Positions 19,326-28,413 of a stretch of DNA of 64,000 nt are shown here, in pieces. Location: assembly GCA_017610205.1 (NCBI GenBank), contig JAFCCL010000001.1, positions 122,805-186,804 of the forward strand, in the 5' to 3' direction. The translations under genes and the position numbers were made by a program. The DNA is from Candidatus Iainarchaeum sp. GTDB lineage: Archaea > Iainarchaeota > Iainarchaeia > Iainarchaeales > GCA-2688035. Position 1 is the first letter of the stretch, and every line of letters begins with the position of its first letter. Below the pieces are notes generated by a model, which saw only the letters and a list, made by a program, of their open reading frames with translations, made no database searches and was not told where the DNA came from.

Positions 19326-19957
19326 TCTTTTGCCTCCAGTTTTTCAATCAATTCAGGTAATTCTCCAATGTCTTGAATAATAAAATCTGGTTTTGCCTTT
19401 TCTAGTTTCTTTTTGGAGTCATAGCCACATAAGACCGCAACACTTCTAATGCCTTCTTGTTGTGCTGTTTCCACATCGTGAACCATATCTCCAACATATA
19501 GCGTGCTTTCTTTTTCTATTTTGTGCCTTAAAACAATGGCTTCAATTTTTTTCCGCTTGTCTTCGTGGCTTGTATCCACACAGTCAATTAATTCCTTCAT
19601 TCCATAGTTTTCTATTTCTTTTTCCAGCAATGTTTGATTATGTGCGCTGAAAATTAGAATCTTTTTGTTGTGTTGTTTCAACCACTCCATTGCTTTTTTT
19701 GCAAACGGAAATGCTTTTACTAGGGGGTAGTATTTTGGAAACAGTCTTTCCCATTTATCATATTCTTCTTGAACTACTATTTTTATGCCAAGTTTTTTGT
19801 AGAATCGCATCCAGGGCATTTCGTACAGTTCCCTGAACTTTTCTTCTGAAAGTCTTGGGTGGCCCCTTTCTTCAAGCACATCATTTGAAGTAGCAAAGGT
19901 TGCTTCCCAGTCATTGCTTACTACTCCTGACCAGTCAAGTATTACAGCCTTAATCAT
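19322..19957 (-). CDS. HAD-family phosphatase
   Basis: ILDWSGVV (motif I variant), YVGDMVHD. Confidence 0.85.
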   Translation of the reverse strand: MIKAVILDWSGVVSNDWEATFATSNDVLEERGHPRLSEEKFRELYEMPWMRFYKKLGIKIVVQEEYDKWERLFPKYYPLVKAFPFAKKAMEWLKQHNKKILIFSAHNQTLLEKEIENYGMKELIDCVDTSHEDKRKKIEAIVLRHKIEKESTLYVGDMVHDVETAQQEGIRSVAVLCGYDSKKKLEKAKPDFIIQDIGELPELIEKLEAKE

Positions 19958-20622
19958 TATCTCATCGTTCCAAGTTTTCTGTCAACAATTTCTTCAATTA
20001 CCTCAAAACCAGTCTGTGTTAATTCAGGCAGTTGGTTTGAAAGCTCTTGAATGCATTTTTCTCCTGTTTCAATGGCTGCACAAAGCCTTGCCCTGTTGAA
20101 GAGAACTTCTTTTTCTCCCTTTTCAGTGATTTCTGCCAGGTTGTTCCTTGCTTTTTTTGCTTCTTTTTTGTAATAATTGTCAATGCCATTTTTCTCGCTT
20201 TTAAAAATTGAATTGCCTGCTTCCATTATTTTTGCAATTGACTCATACATTTTTTGGGCGTTTTTAACGCTAAGCCTGCCGTATTTGTTTTCAATGAGAA
20301 TTTTTTGAATAACCCAAGCACTGTTTGCAATGGCAATGCATTCCCTTTCAGCATTAAGTTTTTTTCCCATTCTGGTTGAAAACTTTTCCAAAACAAGCCT
20401 TTGCAGCAAAAGCCTCAGTATCTTTTTGCCCATTGGCCTGGTATATAATTCGTATTTTTCAACTAGTCCTCCAGCCATTTCTTTCATTCCAAGCTTATTA
20501 ATCTGTTTTCTGTAAGCGGTTTTTCTTTCATATCTCATAATCGCTTTTTTCTGTTTTTCCTTCAAATGCTTGGCAGTTTTAGTGCCCAGTGCCTTACTCC
20601 TTCTGTTAATCCATTTAGCCAT
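19957..20622 (-). CDS. Basic, helical orphan protein
   Basis: ATG overlaps the pyrD 3' end and its TAA overlaps the HAD ATG; K/R-rich N-terminus. Confidence 0.7.
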   Translation of the reverse strand: MAKWINRRSKALGTKTAKHLKEKQKKAIMRYERKTAYRKQINKLGMKEMAGGLVEKYELYTRPMGKKILRLLLQRLVLEKFSTRMGKKLNAERECIAIANSAWVIQKILIENKYGRLSVKNAQKMYESIAKIMEAGNSIFKSEKNGIDNYYKKEAKKARNNLAEITEKGEKEVLFNRARLCAAIETGEKCIQELSNQLPELTQTGFEVIEEIVDRKLGTMR

Positions 20623-21529
20623 GCGCACAGCCCCTAATTTCTTCCAAGGACTTTACTTCATTTTCCTTTATCCATTCTTTCATTTCCCTGCAGACCTTTT
20701 CAAAAACTCCAATTCCCTGATAGTAAACTCCTGAACCAATTCCTACAGCTGTTGCCCCTGCCTGAATGTATTCAATTGCGTCTCTTCCGGAGGAAATTCC
20801 TCCCATTCCAAGAATTGGAATCTTCACTGCTTTGAAAATTTGGTAAACGCACTTTATTCCAACAGGCTTTATTGCCGGGCCTGATATGCCTCCAAACTTG
20901 TTGCACAAAATTGGCTTTCTTGCGTCAATATCTATTGCCATTCCTGCAACTGTATTAATTGCACAAATTGCGTTTGCTTCTGCTTTCTCACAGGCGCTTG
21001 CAATTGCTGCAATGTTTGGAGCCTGCGGAGTAAGCTTTGCAATTAGTGGAATTTTTCCAATTTCTTTTTTTACAGAGGACACTACTTCTGCACTTGCTGT
21101 TTCATTTACTCCAAAAATCTGTCCGTGTTCCTGAGTATTGGGGCAACTGATGTTTACTTCAATTGCATCTGGCTTTTTTTCTGCAACAAATTTTGAAACC
21201 TCAACAAATTCTTCAACAGAGGCGCCGTAAATAGAGGCAATTAGTGGAAATTTTCTTTCCTCCAATTCGTTCCATTCCTCCTCCATATTTTTGTAGCCAG
21301 GGGACGGCAGGCCAACAGCATTTAGCAAACCATGCTCCAACTCCAAAACGCTTGGATTTGCATGCCCTGCTCTTTCCTCCGGGCCAATGCTTTTCATTGT
21401 TATTGCACCAGCGCCTCCTTCTTCAAAAACGCGTTTCATTAAGGCAGCGCTTGTTCCAAGCACGCCTGAAGCCAGAACAGTTGGATTTTTCAATTTCAAA
21501 CCAGCAAAATCGATTTCAAGAGACAACAA
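20615..21529 (-). CDS. pyrD: Dihydroorotate dehydrogenase family 1B catalytic subunit
   Basis: NPTVLASG, NAVGLPSPG, EVNISCPN, AKLTP, INT, GGISGPAIKP. Confidence 0.96.
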   Translation of the reverse strand: MLSLEIDFAGLKLKNPTVLASGVLGTSAALMKRVFEEGGAGAITMKSIGPEERAGHANPSVLELEHGLLNAVGLPSPGYKNMEEEWNELEERKFPLIASIYGASVEEFVEVSKFVAEKKPDAIEVNISCPNTQEHGQIFGVNETASAEVVSSVKKEIGKIPLIAKLTPQAPNIAAIASACEKAEANAICAINTVAGMAIDIDARKPILCNKFGGISGPAIKPVGIKCVYQIFKAVKIPILGMGGISSGRDAIEYIQAGATAVGIGSGVYYQGIGVFEKVCREMKEWIKENEVKSLEEIRGCAHG

Positions 21530-21589
21530 AAACCCGCTAATATTAGATTTGGTTGTTTTTTTAAATTTAGTGCCCTTTCCTTTTTTTGA

Positions 21590-22246
21590 ATGAAAAAGAT
21601 TGCTCCCTCAATTCTATCCTCTGACATCTGTGACCTTGCCAAGCTTTTGCCTTCTTTGGAGAAGGAAGCAGAGTGGCTTCACCTTGATGTAATGGATGGG
21701 CATTTTGTGCAAAACATTACCTTTGGATTTCCTATAATAAAGTCTTTGAGACCAAAGACAAAAATGTTTTTTGACACCCATTCTATGATTTCAAAGCCAG
21801 AGCGCTATTTTGAAAGGTTTGCAGAAGCCGGTTCAAACGCAATTACCTTTCACTTGGAAACCGTTGAAAAGCCCTTGAATGCCATAAAGCAAATTCGTGC
21901 GCTTGGCTGCAAGGCAGGAATTGCTTTGAATAATCAAACAAGTGCAAAAAAGGCAATTCCTTTCTTGCACGAGGTGGATTTGGTGCTTGTAATGGGAATT
22001 GAAGCGGGCTTTGGTGGCCAAAAGCTTATCCCAAAAGACCTTGAGAAGGTTAGGTTATTTAGGAAGGAAATTGATTCCCGGAAACTTTCAACACTAATTT
22101 CCTTTGATGGCGGAGTAAACAGGCAAACTCTCCCGGATGTAATTGAGGCAGGGGCTGACATTTTTGCAATGGGAAGCGCAATCTTTGGAAAGGAAAATCC
22201 TGCTGAGGAATTAAAGCTGTTGAAGAAAGAATTTGGATTTTGCTAA
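21590..22246 (+). CDS. rpe: Ribulose-phosphate 3-epimerase
   Basis: IAPSILS, HLDVMDGHFVQN, GFGGQ, FDGGVN. Confidence 0.96.
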   Translation: MKKIAPSILSSDICDLAKLLPSLEKEAEWLHLDVMDGHFVQNITFGFPIIKSLRPKTKMFFDTHSMISKPERYFERFAEAGSNAITFHLETVEKPLNAIKQIRALGCKAGIALNNQTSAKKAIPFLHEVDLVLVMGIEAGFGGQKLIPKDLEKVRLFRKEIDSRKLSTLISFDGGVNRQTLPDVIEAGADIFAMGSAIFGKENPAEELKLLKKEFGFC

Positions 22247-23202
22247 CGCTTTTTCTTCAGCATGTCAATAAGTCCTAGGAATGGTTCCTGTCTTGTTCCA
22301 AGTTCTAGTTTGTGGTACATTTCCAGTGCAAAGTTTTCCGGGTCAAAGACTCCTATTTCGGAAATTATTGCGTGAATGTAGAATGCGTCAACAATGTCAA
22401 AACCCGGGTTTTTTATTTTGACTTTTTTTGGCGGGTTTTTCCAAACCTCCTCAATGTCCCTTTCCTCTATTTCTTCTTCAAATCCAAAGTATGTTGCTGG
22501 GTCAAAGCAATGTGAAGAAGTGCAGACAAAGAACGGGTTGTGGTGCTTTTTTGCAGCGTGTGCAATGTGGGTTGTACCAATTTTGTTTACAATTTCGCCG
22601 TTGCTTAAAACTGCGTCACATCCAATAAATATTTTGTCAACTGGATGCATATATTTGTCTGCTGCAGAGTCAACAATTAGTGTAACCGGAATGCCTGCCT
22701 TTGCCAAATTTGCTGCAGTGATTCTTCCCTGAAACCTGGGTCTTGTTTCAGTGCAGTAAACCATCTTAATCTTCTTTTTTGCTTTTTTTAAAATTTCTTC
22801 AACTGTGTGGGAATGGCAGTGGGTCATTATTGTGTCGCCTTTTTCAATTAGCCTGCTTCCGTACAATGCTATTTTTTCCATTGCCTTTTTTCGATTTGCT
22901 TCATATTGCTTAATAGTTTGAATTGTGTTTTCTTTTACTTCCTGCAAATTCCTTGAATGAAGCGAAGCGGCTTTGAGAATTATTCTTATGGCAGTTCTTG
23001 TCTCAGGTTCTGTTGGCCTGGTTTTTAAAAGCGCAAGGCAGTGTCTTTGAACTTCTCGCCTGAAGGCAGGCAGTGTTTTTGCACGGCTTTTTGAAACACT
23101 TTTTCTTAAAGCTGCAACAGCTTCTTTTCTTACCTTGCTGCTTCCCTGAATTTTTAATGTTTTGATGTCCTTTATTGTTTTGTTAAAAGATTTTGCTGCC
23201 AT
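22243..23202 (-). CDS. Ribose-1,5-bisphosphate isomerase (eIF-2B family)
   Basis: KIQGS, RPTEP, THCHS (catalytic Cys), ETRPRFQG, GCDAV (catalytic Asp), NKIGT; AMP phosphorylase nearby. Confidence 0.85.
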   Translation of the reverse strand: MAAKSFNKTIKDIKTLKIQGSSKVRKEAVAALRKSVSKSRAKTLPAFRREVQRHCLALLKTRPTEPETRTAIRIILKAASLHSRNLQEVKENTIQTIKQYEANRKKAMEKIALYGSRLIEKGDTIMTHCHSHTVEEILKKAKKKIKMVYCTETRPRFQGRITAANLAKAGIPVTLIVDSAADKYMHPVDKIFIGCDAVLSNGEIVNKIGTTHIAHAAKKHHNPFFVCTSSHCFDPATYFGFEEEIEERDIEEVWKNPPKKVKIKNPGFDIVDAFYIHAIISEIGVFDPENFALEMYHKLELGTRQEPFLGLIDMLKKKR

Positions 23203-23252
23203 TCAAATCACTTTGTTAAAGATAAGTTCAAACTCATATTTGTGCTTTTTGG

Positions 23253-24137
23253 TCACCTTCGCTTTTTTCGCTGGTTTTGACTTTTCAGTTTTGCCAGTTC
23301 TCTTGCCTGCTTCTCCTGCATGCGCATATGATAAAGCCATTCTCTTTTGCTCTTTTTTTCTTTAATATTTCTTTTTACATTGCGGAGTCTTGTTGCTATT
23401 TGTTTTCTGGTTTCCAGGTAACTTTCTATAATTCTCAGGTCTTTTCCTATGTATCCTGGTTTGTGTTTTGCTTCTGCCTTCCTTCCAAGAGTGAATTTTG
23501 CATTTGCGAACTCTGCCTTTGGAATGAATGTATTTAGGGCTGTTTCAAGACCATATCCTGTTGAACAAATTGCATCCCACTTTTTTTTGTTCCTTTTCAA
23601 AGCCTGCAGTGAACGCAGTCTTATAGCCCGCTCTCCGTTAAAAGGGCTGTAACTCAAAAGTTCACCTGACCTTACTCTTGTTCCAATTACCATGTTTACC
23701 CATTTTCTTCTTGTTTTTTCCTTGCTTGGCAGTTTCAGCAGGGGCTTTACAAGCTTTGCTATATGCTCTGGCTTAATATTTTTTATGTCAGCATCAATGG
23801 AGACTACTATTGTTTTGTCCATTTTTTGCATCCAACGGTCGGCAGTCTTGAAGTTTTGTCTTAGTGCATACTTGTTGGAAAAATATTCAACAGCTTTGGC
23901 GTAAGCCATTGCCTTTCCTTGATTTTCTTTTAGAGTTATTACTTTGTCTGCTCCTGCCTTTTTTGCAAGCTCTGCTGTCTTGTCAGTGCTGCCGTCACTG
24001 ACCACTACAATTTCTGCCAACAGTCCCTGTCTTTTGCATTCGCGCAGTTCTTCTACAACCTGTTTAATGGATTCTGCCTCGTTCCAGGCAGGCACTACTG
24101 CTACAACCTGAAAACCCTTTGGCCACTTCTTTGCCAT
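23253..24137 (-). CDS. Family 2 glycosyltransferase with basic C-terminal extension
   Basis: VVPAWNEA, VVSDGSTDKT, SIDAD; ends RKKRR. Confidence 0.85.
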   Translation of the reverse strand: MAKKWPKGFQVVAVVPAWNEAESIKQVVEELRECKRQGLLAEIVVVSDGSTDKTAELAKKAGADKVITLKENQGKAMAYAKAVEYFSNKYALRQNFKTADRWMQKMDKTIVVSIDADIKNIKPEHIAKLVKPLLKLPSKEKTRRKWVNMVIGTRVRSGELLSYSPFNGERAIRLRSLQALKRNKKKWDAICSTGYGLETALNTFIPKAEFANAKFTLGRKAEAKHKPGYIGKDLRIIESYLETRKQIATRLRNVKRNIKEKKSKREWLYHMRMQEKQARELAKLKSQNQRKKRR

Positions 24138-24271
24138 AAGTTAAATAGCTTTTTCTTTGAATAAAATGGTTTGCTTTTTTTGTAACCTGCTTGACTTTAC
24201 TTTTTTTTGAATTGATTAGAATGTTTTTTTTTGCTGTTGCAAAGGCTTAAAAGTATTGGTGCGTTTTATTA

Positions 24272-24760
24272 TTGCAGATGAAACTGGCTGAACATATTAG
24301 GTCTGGAATCGGCTTTGGATTGACTTCAAGCATTATTACAACTATTGGATTAATGGTTGGGTTGTTTTCCGGAACTCACCTGCGAATTGCTGTTATTGGC
24401 GGGGTTATTACAATTGCAATTGTTGATGCATTGTCTGATGCGTTTGCAATGCACATTTCGCAGGAATCAACAGGGAATGAAAGCGCAAGGGATATTTGGG
24501 CCTCAACCTTTTCAACATTTGGCGCAAAGTTTTTCTTTGCAATAATTTTTATTGTTCCAGTGCTGTTTTTGGAGCTTTCAACAGCAATAATTGTCAGCAT
24601 TGCATTTGGTCTTTTTCTTATAGCTGTTTTTAGTGTATGGATTGCCAGGTCTCAAAACAAAAATTTGGCAAATGTTGCAGGAGAGCATCTTCTTATTGCA
24701 ATTGCTGTAATTGTTCTCGCTTATCTTGCTGGCGTGTGGATTGCCGGAATTTTTGGGTGA
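24272..24760 (+). CDS. VIT1/CCC1-like membrane protein
   Basis: FGLTSSIITTIGL, DALSDAFAMHISQES; about 5 TM segments. Confidence 0.75.
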   Translation: MQMKLAEHIRSGIGFGLTSSIITTIGLMVGLFSGTHLRIAVIGGVITIAIVDALSDAFAMHISQESTGNESARDIWASTFSTFGAKFFFAIIFIVPVLFLELSTAIIVSIAFGLFLIAVFSVWIARSQNKNLANVAGEHLLIAIAVIVLAYLAGVWIAGIFG

Positions 24761-24825
24761 ATTTTTTCGGCGAGTAATTTTTTTCGGCGAGTAATTTTTT
24801 TCGGCAAGTAATTTTTTCGGCGAGT
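24760..24825. repeat. Four tandem copies of a 16-17 bp unit AATTTTTT(T)CGGCGAGT
   Basis: Copies at 24760, 24776, 24793 (one G>A) and 24810; followed by about 180 bp of very T-rich DNA. Confidence 0.9.
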
Positions 24826-25076
24826 GATTTTTTGAATGGCGCACAATTTTTTTTTTTAAGAAATTTTTTTTCCCAGAAATTTTCTTTTAATGAATTTTTA
24901 TTTTTTGTTTTTCTTTTTTTTTAATAATTTTTTGTTTCCTTTGAGGATTTTTTCTTTTTTTGAGGATTTTTACAAAAAATGCGATTATGTATATTTGCTT
25001 TTATTATGTTTAATTCGCAGGCAATTGCTTTAAATTTGTTTTCAATAAGAATTATCTCTAATCTTATAATTCGGGG

Positions 25077-26207
25077 GTGCCTTATTTGGAGAGTGTGGTA
25101 AAGAAAGCTATTAAGCGGGCAAAAAAAAGGCCTGTTAAGGTCAAGACATCAGCTAAAGCAGCGCATGATAATGAAGATCTTATTAAATTGCTTGAAACAG
25201 CCAGAGCAAAAATTAGTGTGGTAGGAATTGGCGGCGGCGGATGCAATACAATTGAAAGAATGACTGAAGTAGGAATTACTGGTGCTGAAACCTTTGCTGT
25301 TAATACAGATGCACAGGATCTTTTGAATGCTATTGCTGACAAAAAGCTTTTGATTGGAAGGGAATTGACAAGGGGTCTTGGTTCTGGTTCTGACCCCAGC
25401 GTTGGAGAAAGCGCTGCAAGGGAATCCATTGAAGAGCTTGAAGATGTTTTGCACGATTCAGACCTTATTTTTATTACCTGTGGAATGGGTGGTGGAACTG
25501 GAACAGGTGCTGCTCCAATGATTGCAGAACTTGGCAAAGGAATGAAGGCTTTGACTATTGGTGTTGTAACACTTCCTTTTACTGTTGAGGGAAGGAAGAG
25601 AATGGAGAATGCTTTGACTGGATTGGCTACTTTAAGAAAGTATACTGACACAGTGATAGTAATTCCAAATGATAAAATTTTGGAAATTGCACCTGACTTG
25701 CCTGTGAATGCTGCCTTTAAGGTTGCTGATGAGGTTTTAACAAATGCTGTAAAGGGAATTACTGAAATGGTTACAAAGCCAGGTTTGATTAATTTGGATT
25801 ATGCTGACCTTAGAACAATTTTAAGCAGGGGTGGTGCAGCAATGATTGGATTGGGTGAATCTCATACAGATGAAAAGGGAGAAGCTCGTGCTTTGGAAGC
25901 TGTTGAAAATGCCTTAACAAGTCCTTTGCTTGATGTTGATATTACCGGGTCCAACAGGGCTTTGGTTAATGTAATTGGCGGAGCAGATATGACTTTGAGG
26001 GAAGCTGAAATGATTGTTGAAACTGTTTCAAGCAAAATTCATGCAAATGCACATATTATTTGGGGTGCAATGATTGATGAAAATCTGCCAAGAAACCAAA
26101 TTCAGGCAATGGTTGTTATTGCAGGCGGAAAGTTTCCCTACTTGCAGGACCTTGACAAAATTGACTTGTCTGAACCAATTGATTTGGGAATAGACTTTAC
26201 TGGCTGA
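25077..26207 (+). CDS. ftsZ: Cell division protein FtsZ (FtsZ1 locus)
   Basis: GGGGCN, GMGGGTGTG, NLDYADL; ftsZ-secE-spt5 synteny. Confidence 0.97.
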   Translation: MPYLESVVKKAIKRAKKRPVKVKTSAKAAHDNEDLIKLLETARAKISVVGIGGGGCNTIERMTEVGITGAETFAVNTDAQDLLNAIADKKLLIGRELTRGLGSGSDPSVGESAARESIEELEDVLHDSDLIFITCGMGGGTGTGAAPMIAELGKGMKALTIGVVTLPFTVEGRKRMENALTGLATLRKYTDTVIVIPNDKILEIAPDLPVNAAFKVADEVLTNAVKGITEMVTKPGLINLDYADLRTILSRGGAAMIGLGESHTDEKGEARALEAVENALTSPLLDVDITGSNRALVNVIGGADMTLREAEMIVETVSSKIHANAHIIWGAMIDENLPRNQIQAMVVIAGGKFPYLQDLDKIDLSEPIDLGIDFTG

Positions 26208-26277
26208 AAAAAGCCAGATTTCTTTTCTTTTTAATACTTTCTTCTTCTAATTTTTCTTAATACAAAAGGTTTTTTTT

Positions 26278-26466
26278 ATGGAACTGCATTTGATGGAAAA
26301 TTTGAGGGCATTTATTGCAAGCAGCAAGCGTGTTTTTGTTATTGCAAAAAAGCCTGACTGGAAAGAATTTGAAACAATGGCAAAAGTAACAGGCGTTGGA
26401 ATACTTATAATTGCCTTAATTGCCTACGTGATTTTCCTGTTTTTTGCCTTTGTTTCGGTTGTGTAA
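26278..26466 (+). CDS. secE: Protein translocase subunit SecE (Sec61 gamma)
   Basis: RVFVIAKKPDWKEF followed by one TM helix. Confidence 0.92.
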   Translation: MELHLMENLRAFIASSKRVFVIAKKPDWKEFETMAKVTGVGILIIALIAYVIFLFFAFVSVV

Positions 26467-26634
26467 CTGCCTTTTTGGGCTTTACAAAAACCTTTTTAAT
26501 TGTTACCAGATTAAAGATATTCACTGAGATAGGGCTATTAGGTTCTAATTCGCCCTCTTCAGAGTTTATTTGTTTGTGTTGAAAGATGTAAAAAAATATT
26601 GAAAAATGTTGAGAAAAAAAAAGGTGAACGAAAA

Positions 26635-27075
26635 ATGATTTTTCCGGTTAGAACAACTGTTGGACAGGAATCCCTTGTGGTAGACATAATTACAAACAGG
26701 TCAAAGCACGAAGAAATTCCTGTTTACAGCATTAGCGTAATTCCAGGACTTAAGGGCTATGTGCTAATTGAAGCAAAGGACGAGCTTTCGGTTAGAAGAA
26801 GCATTACAAACACACCACATATTAAGGGACAGGGAATTGTTAAGGGCGCAGTAAAAATTGAGGAATTAAGCAGCTTGCTTGAATCAAAACCTTTAATGCA
26901 GTCAATTGTTGTAGGTGCAAAAATTGAACTAATTGCCGGGCCATTCAAGGGCGAAAGAGCCAGTGTTTTAAGGGTTAATCCAACAAAGGAAGAGGTAACA
27001 GTTGAACTGCAGGAAGCGGCAGTAAAAATTCCTGTTACAATAAAAGCAGAGCATATTAGAATTATTAAGGAATAA
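26635..27075 (+). CDS. spt5: Transcription elongation factor Spt5
   Basis: RTTVGQE, KGYVLIEA, KOW GPFKGERA; ATG follows AGGTGA RBS. Confidence 0.95.
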   Translation: MIFPVRTTVGQESLVVDIITNRSKHEEIPVYSISVIPGLKGYVLIEAKDELSVRRSITNTPHIKGQGIVKGAVKIEELSSLLESKPLMQSIVVGAKIELIAGPFKGERASVLRVNPTKEEVTVELQEAAVKIPVTIKAEHIRIIKE

Positions 27076-27114
27076 ATGAACTAGTAAAATACATTGAAAT
27101 TATTTAGGGTGTGA

Positions 27115-27597
27115 ATGAAAATGACAGAGATTAAGGTTTTGGTTGAAGGCGGAAAAGCATCTGCTGGTGCACCACTAGGCCCTGCTTTGGGTCCTTTGGG
27201 TGTAAACATTGGCGACGTTGTTGCCCAAATTAATGAAAAAACCAAAAGCTATGCAGGAATGAAGGTTCCTGTAATAGTTGAAGTTGACGCCGGCACAAAA
27301 ACCTTTGAAATTTCTGTTGGAAGCCCTCCGACAAGTGCTCTTATAAAAAAAGAAATCGGGCTTGACAAAGGAAGTTCAAATCCAAAGGCTGAAATTAAGG
27401 GAAACATTTCAATGGAACAGGTAAAAAAGGTTACTGAAATGAAAATTGAAAAGCTTGCATCCTACAAAATGAAAAGTGCAGCAAAAGAGGTTATTGGCGT
27501 TTGCAACAGCATGGGCATTACAGTTGAAGGAAAGCCTGCAAGGCAGGTAATTAAGGAAATTGACGAAGGAAAGTTTGACGAACAGTTAAAAGACTAA
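27115..27597 (+). CDS. rpl11: 50S ribosomal protein uL11
   Basis: GGKASAGAPLGPALGPLG, GVCNSMGITVEG. Confidence 0.97.
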   Translation: MKMTEIKVLVEGGKASAGAPLGPALGPLGVNIGDVVAQINEKTKSYAGMKVPVIVEVDAGTKTFEISVGSPPTSALIKKEIGLDKGSSNPKAEIKGNISMEQVKKVTEMKIEKLASYKMKSAAKEVIGVCNSMGITVEGKPARQVIKEIDEGKFDEQLKD

Positions 27598-27735
27598 AAA
27601 AAAGGGCAAAGAATTGTTTTTTAAAGCTTTCAGTGGAATTTTCTTTATAGCATTTAATTGGTTTAGAGAGTCTAATTTTGACTCCGATTACCACATCCTT
27701 TTTTTCGAAAAAGGCACTGTGGGAGGTTTTAAGAA

Positions 27736-28413
27736 ATGCAGAAAAAAGATATAATGCAAGCTTTAAAGACAATGCGCGAAAAAAGCAAGGAAAGAAAGTT
27801 TACACAATCAATTGAGCTAATTATAAATTTCAAAGACCTTGACACAAAAAAGCCAATAAACCAAGTTGACGTAAAGGTTACAATGCCAAACCCAACCGGA
27901 AAAAAAGGCAGTGGAAAAACACTTCTTTTTGCAAAAACAAAAGACTTTATTGAATCAGTAAAAGGCCAATTTGACCGAATCATAGAAGAGCCTGAAATTG
28001 CAAAACTTAAGAAAAAAAACATTGCGCTTATTGCAACAGAATTTGACATTCTTTTAGCAGAAGGACAGGTAATGATTGCCGTTGGAAAATATTTGGGACA
28101 ACAGCTTGCTCCAAAAGGCAAAATGCCAAAACCTGTTCAGCCAAACAAAGCAATAGTTGAACAAACCCTTAAAACAATGGGAAACGTTACAAGAGTTACA
28201 AACAAAAAAGGAAAATTTATGCCACTGGTGCAAACAGTAATTGGAAACGAAAAAATGGACGATGAACAACTTGCTCAAAATGCAATAGCTATATCAGACG
28301 CAGTTACAAAAGAACTTCCAAGAAAGCACCAAAACATCAAATCCATTTATGTAAAAGAATCAATGAGCCCCTGCGTAAAGCTTGGAGCAACAGTAGAGGC
28401 TGAAAAAAGATGA
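27736..28413 (+). CDS. rpl1: 50S ribosomal protein uL1
   Basis: RKFTQSIELIIN, LAPKGKMPKP, IGNEKM. Confidence 0.95.
   Translation: MQKKDIMQALKTMREKSKERKFTQSIELIINFKDLDTKKPINQVDVKVTMPNPTGKKGSGKTLLFAKTKDFIESVKGQFDRIIEEPEIAKLKKKNIALIATEFDILLAEGQVMIAVGKYLGQQLAPKGKMPKPVQPNKAIVEQTLKTMGNVTRVTNKKGKFMPLVQTVIGNEKMDDEQLAQNAIAISDAVTKELPRKHQNIKSIYVKESMSPCVKLGATVEAEKR

Noticed and set aside
24760-24825. Possible CRISPR array
   Set aside because: Units are contiguous with no unique spacers, and no cas genes are present.
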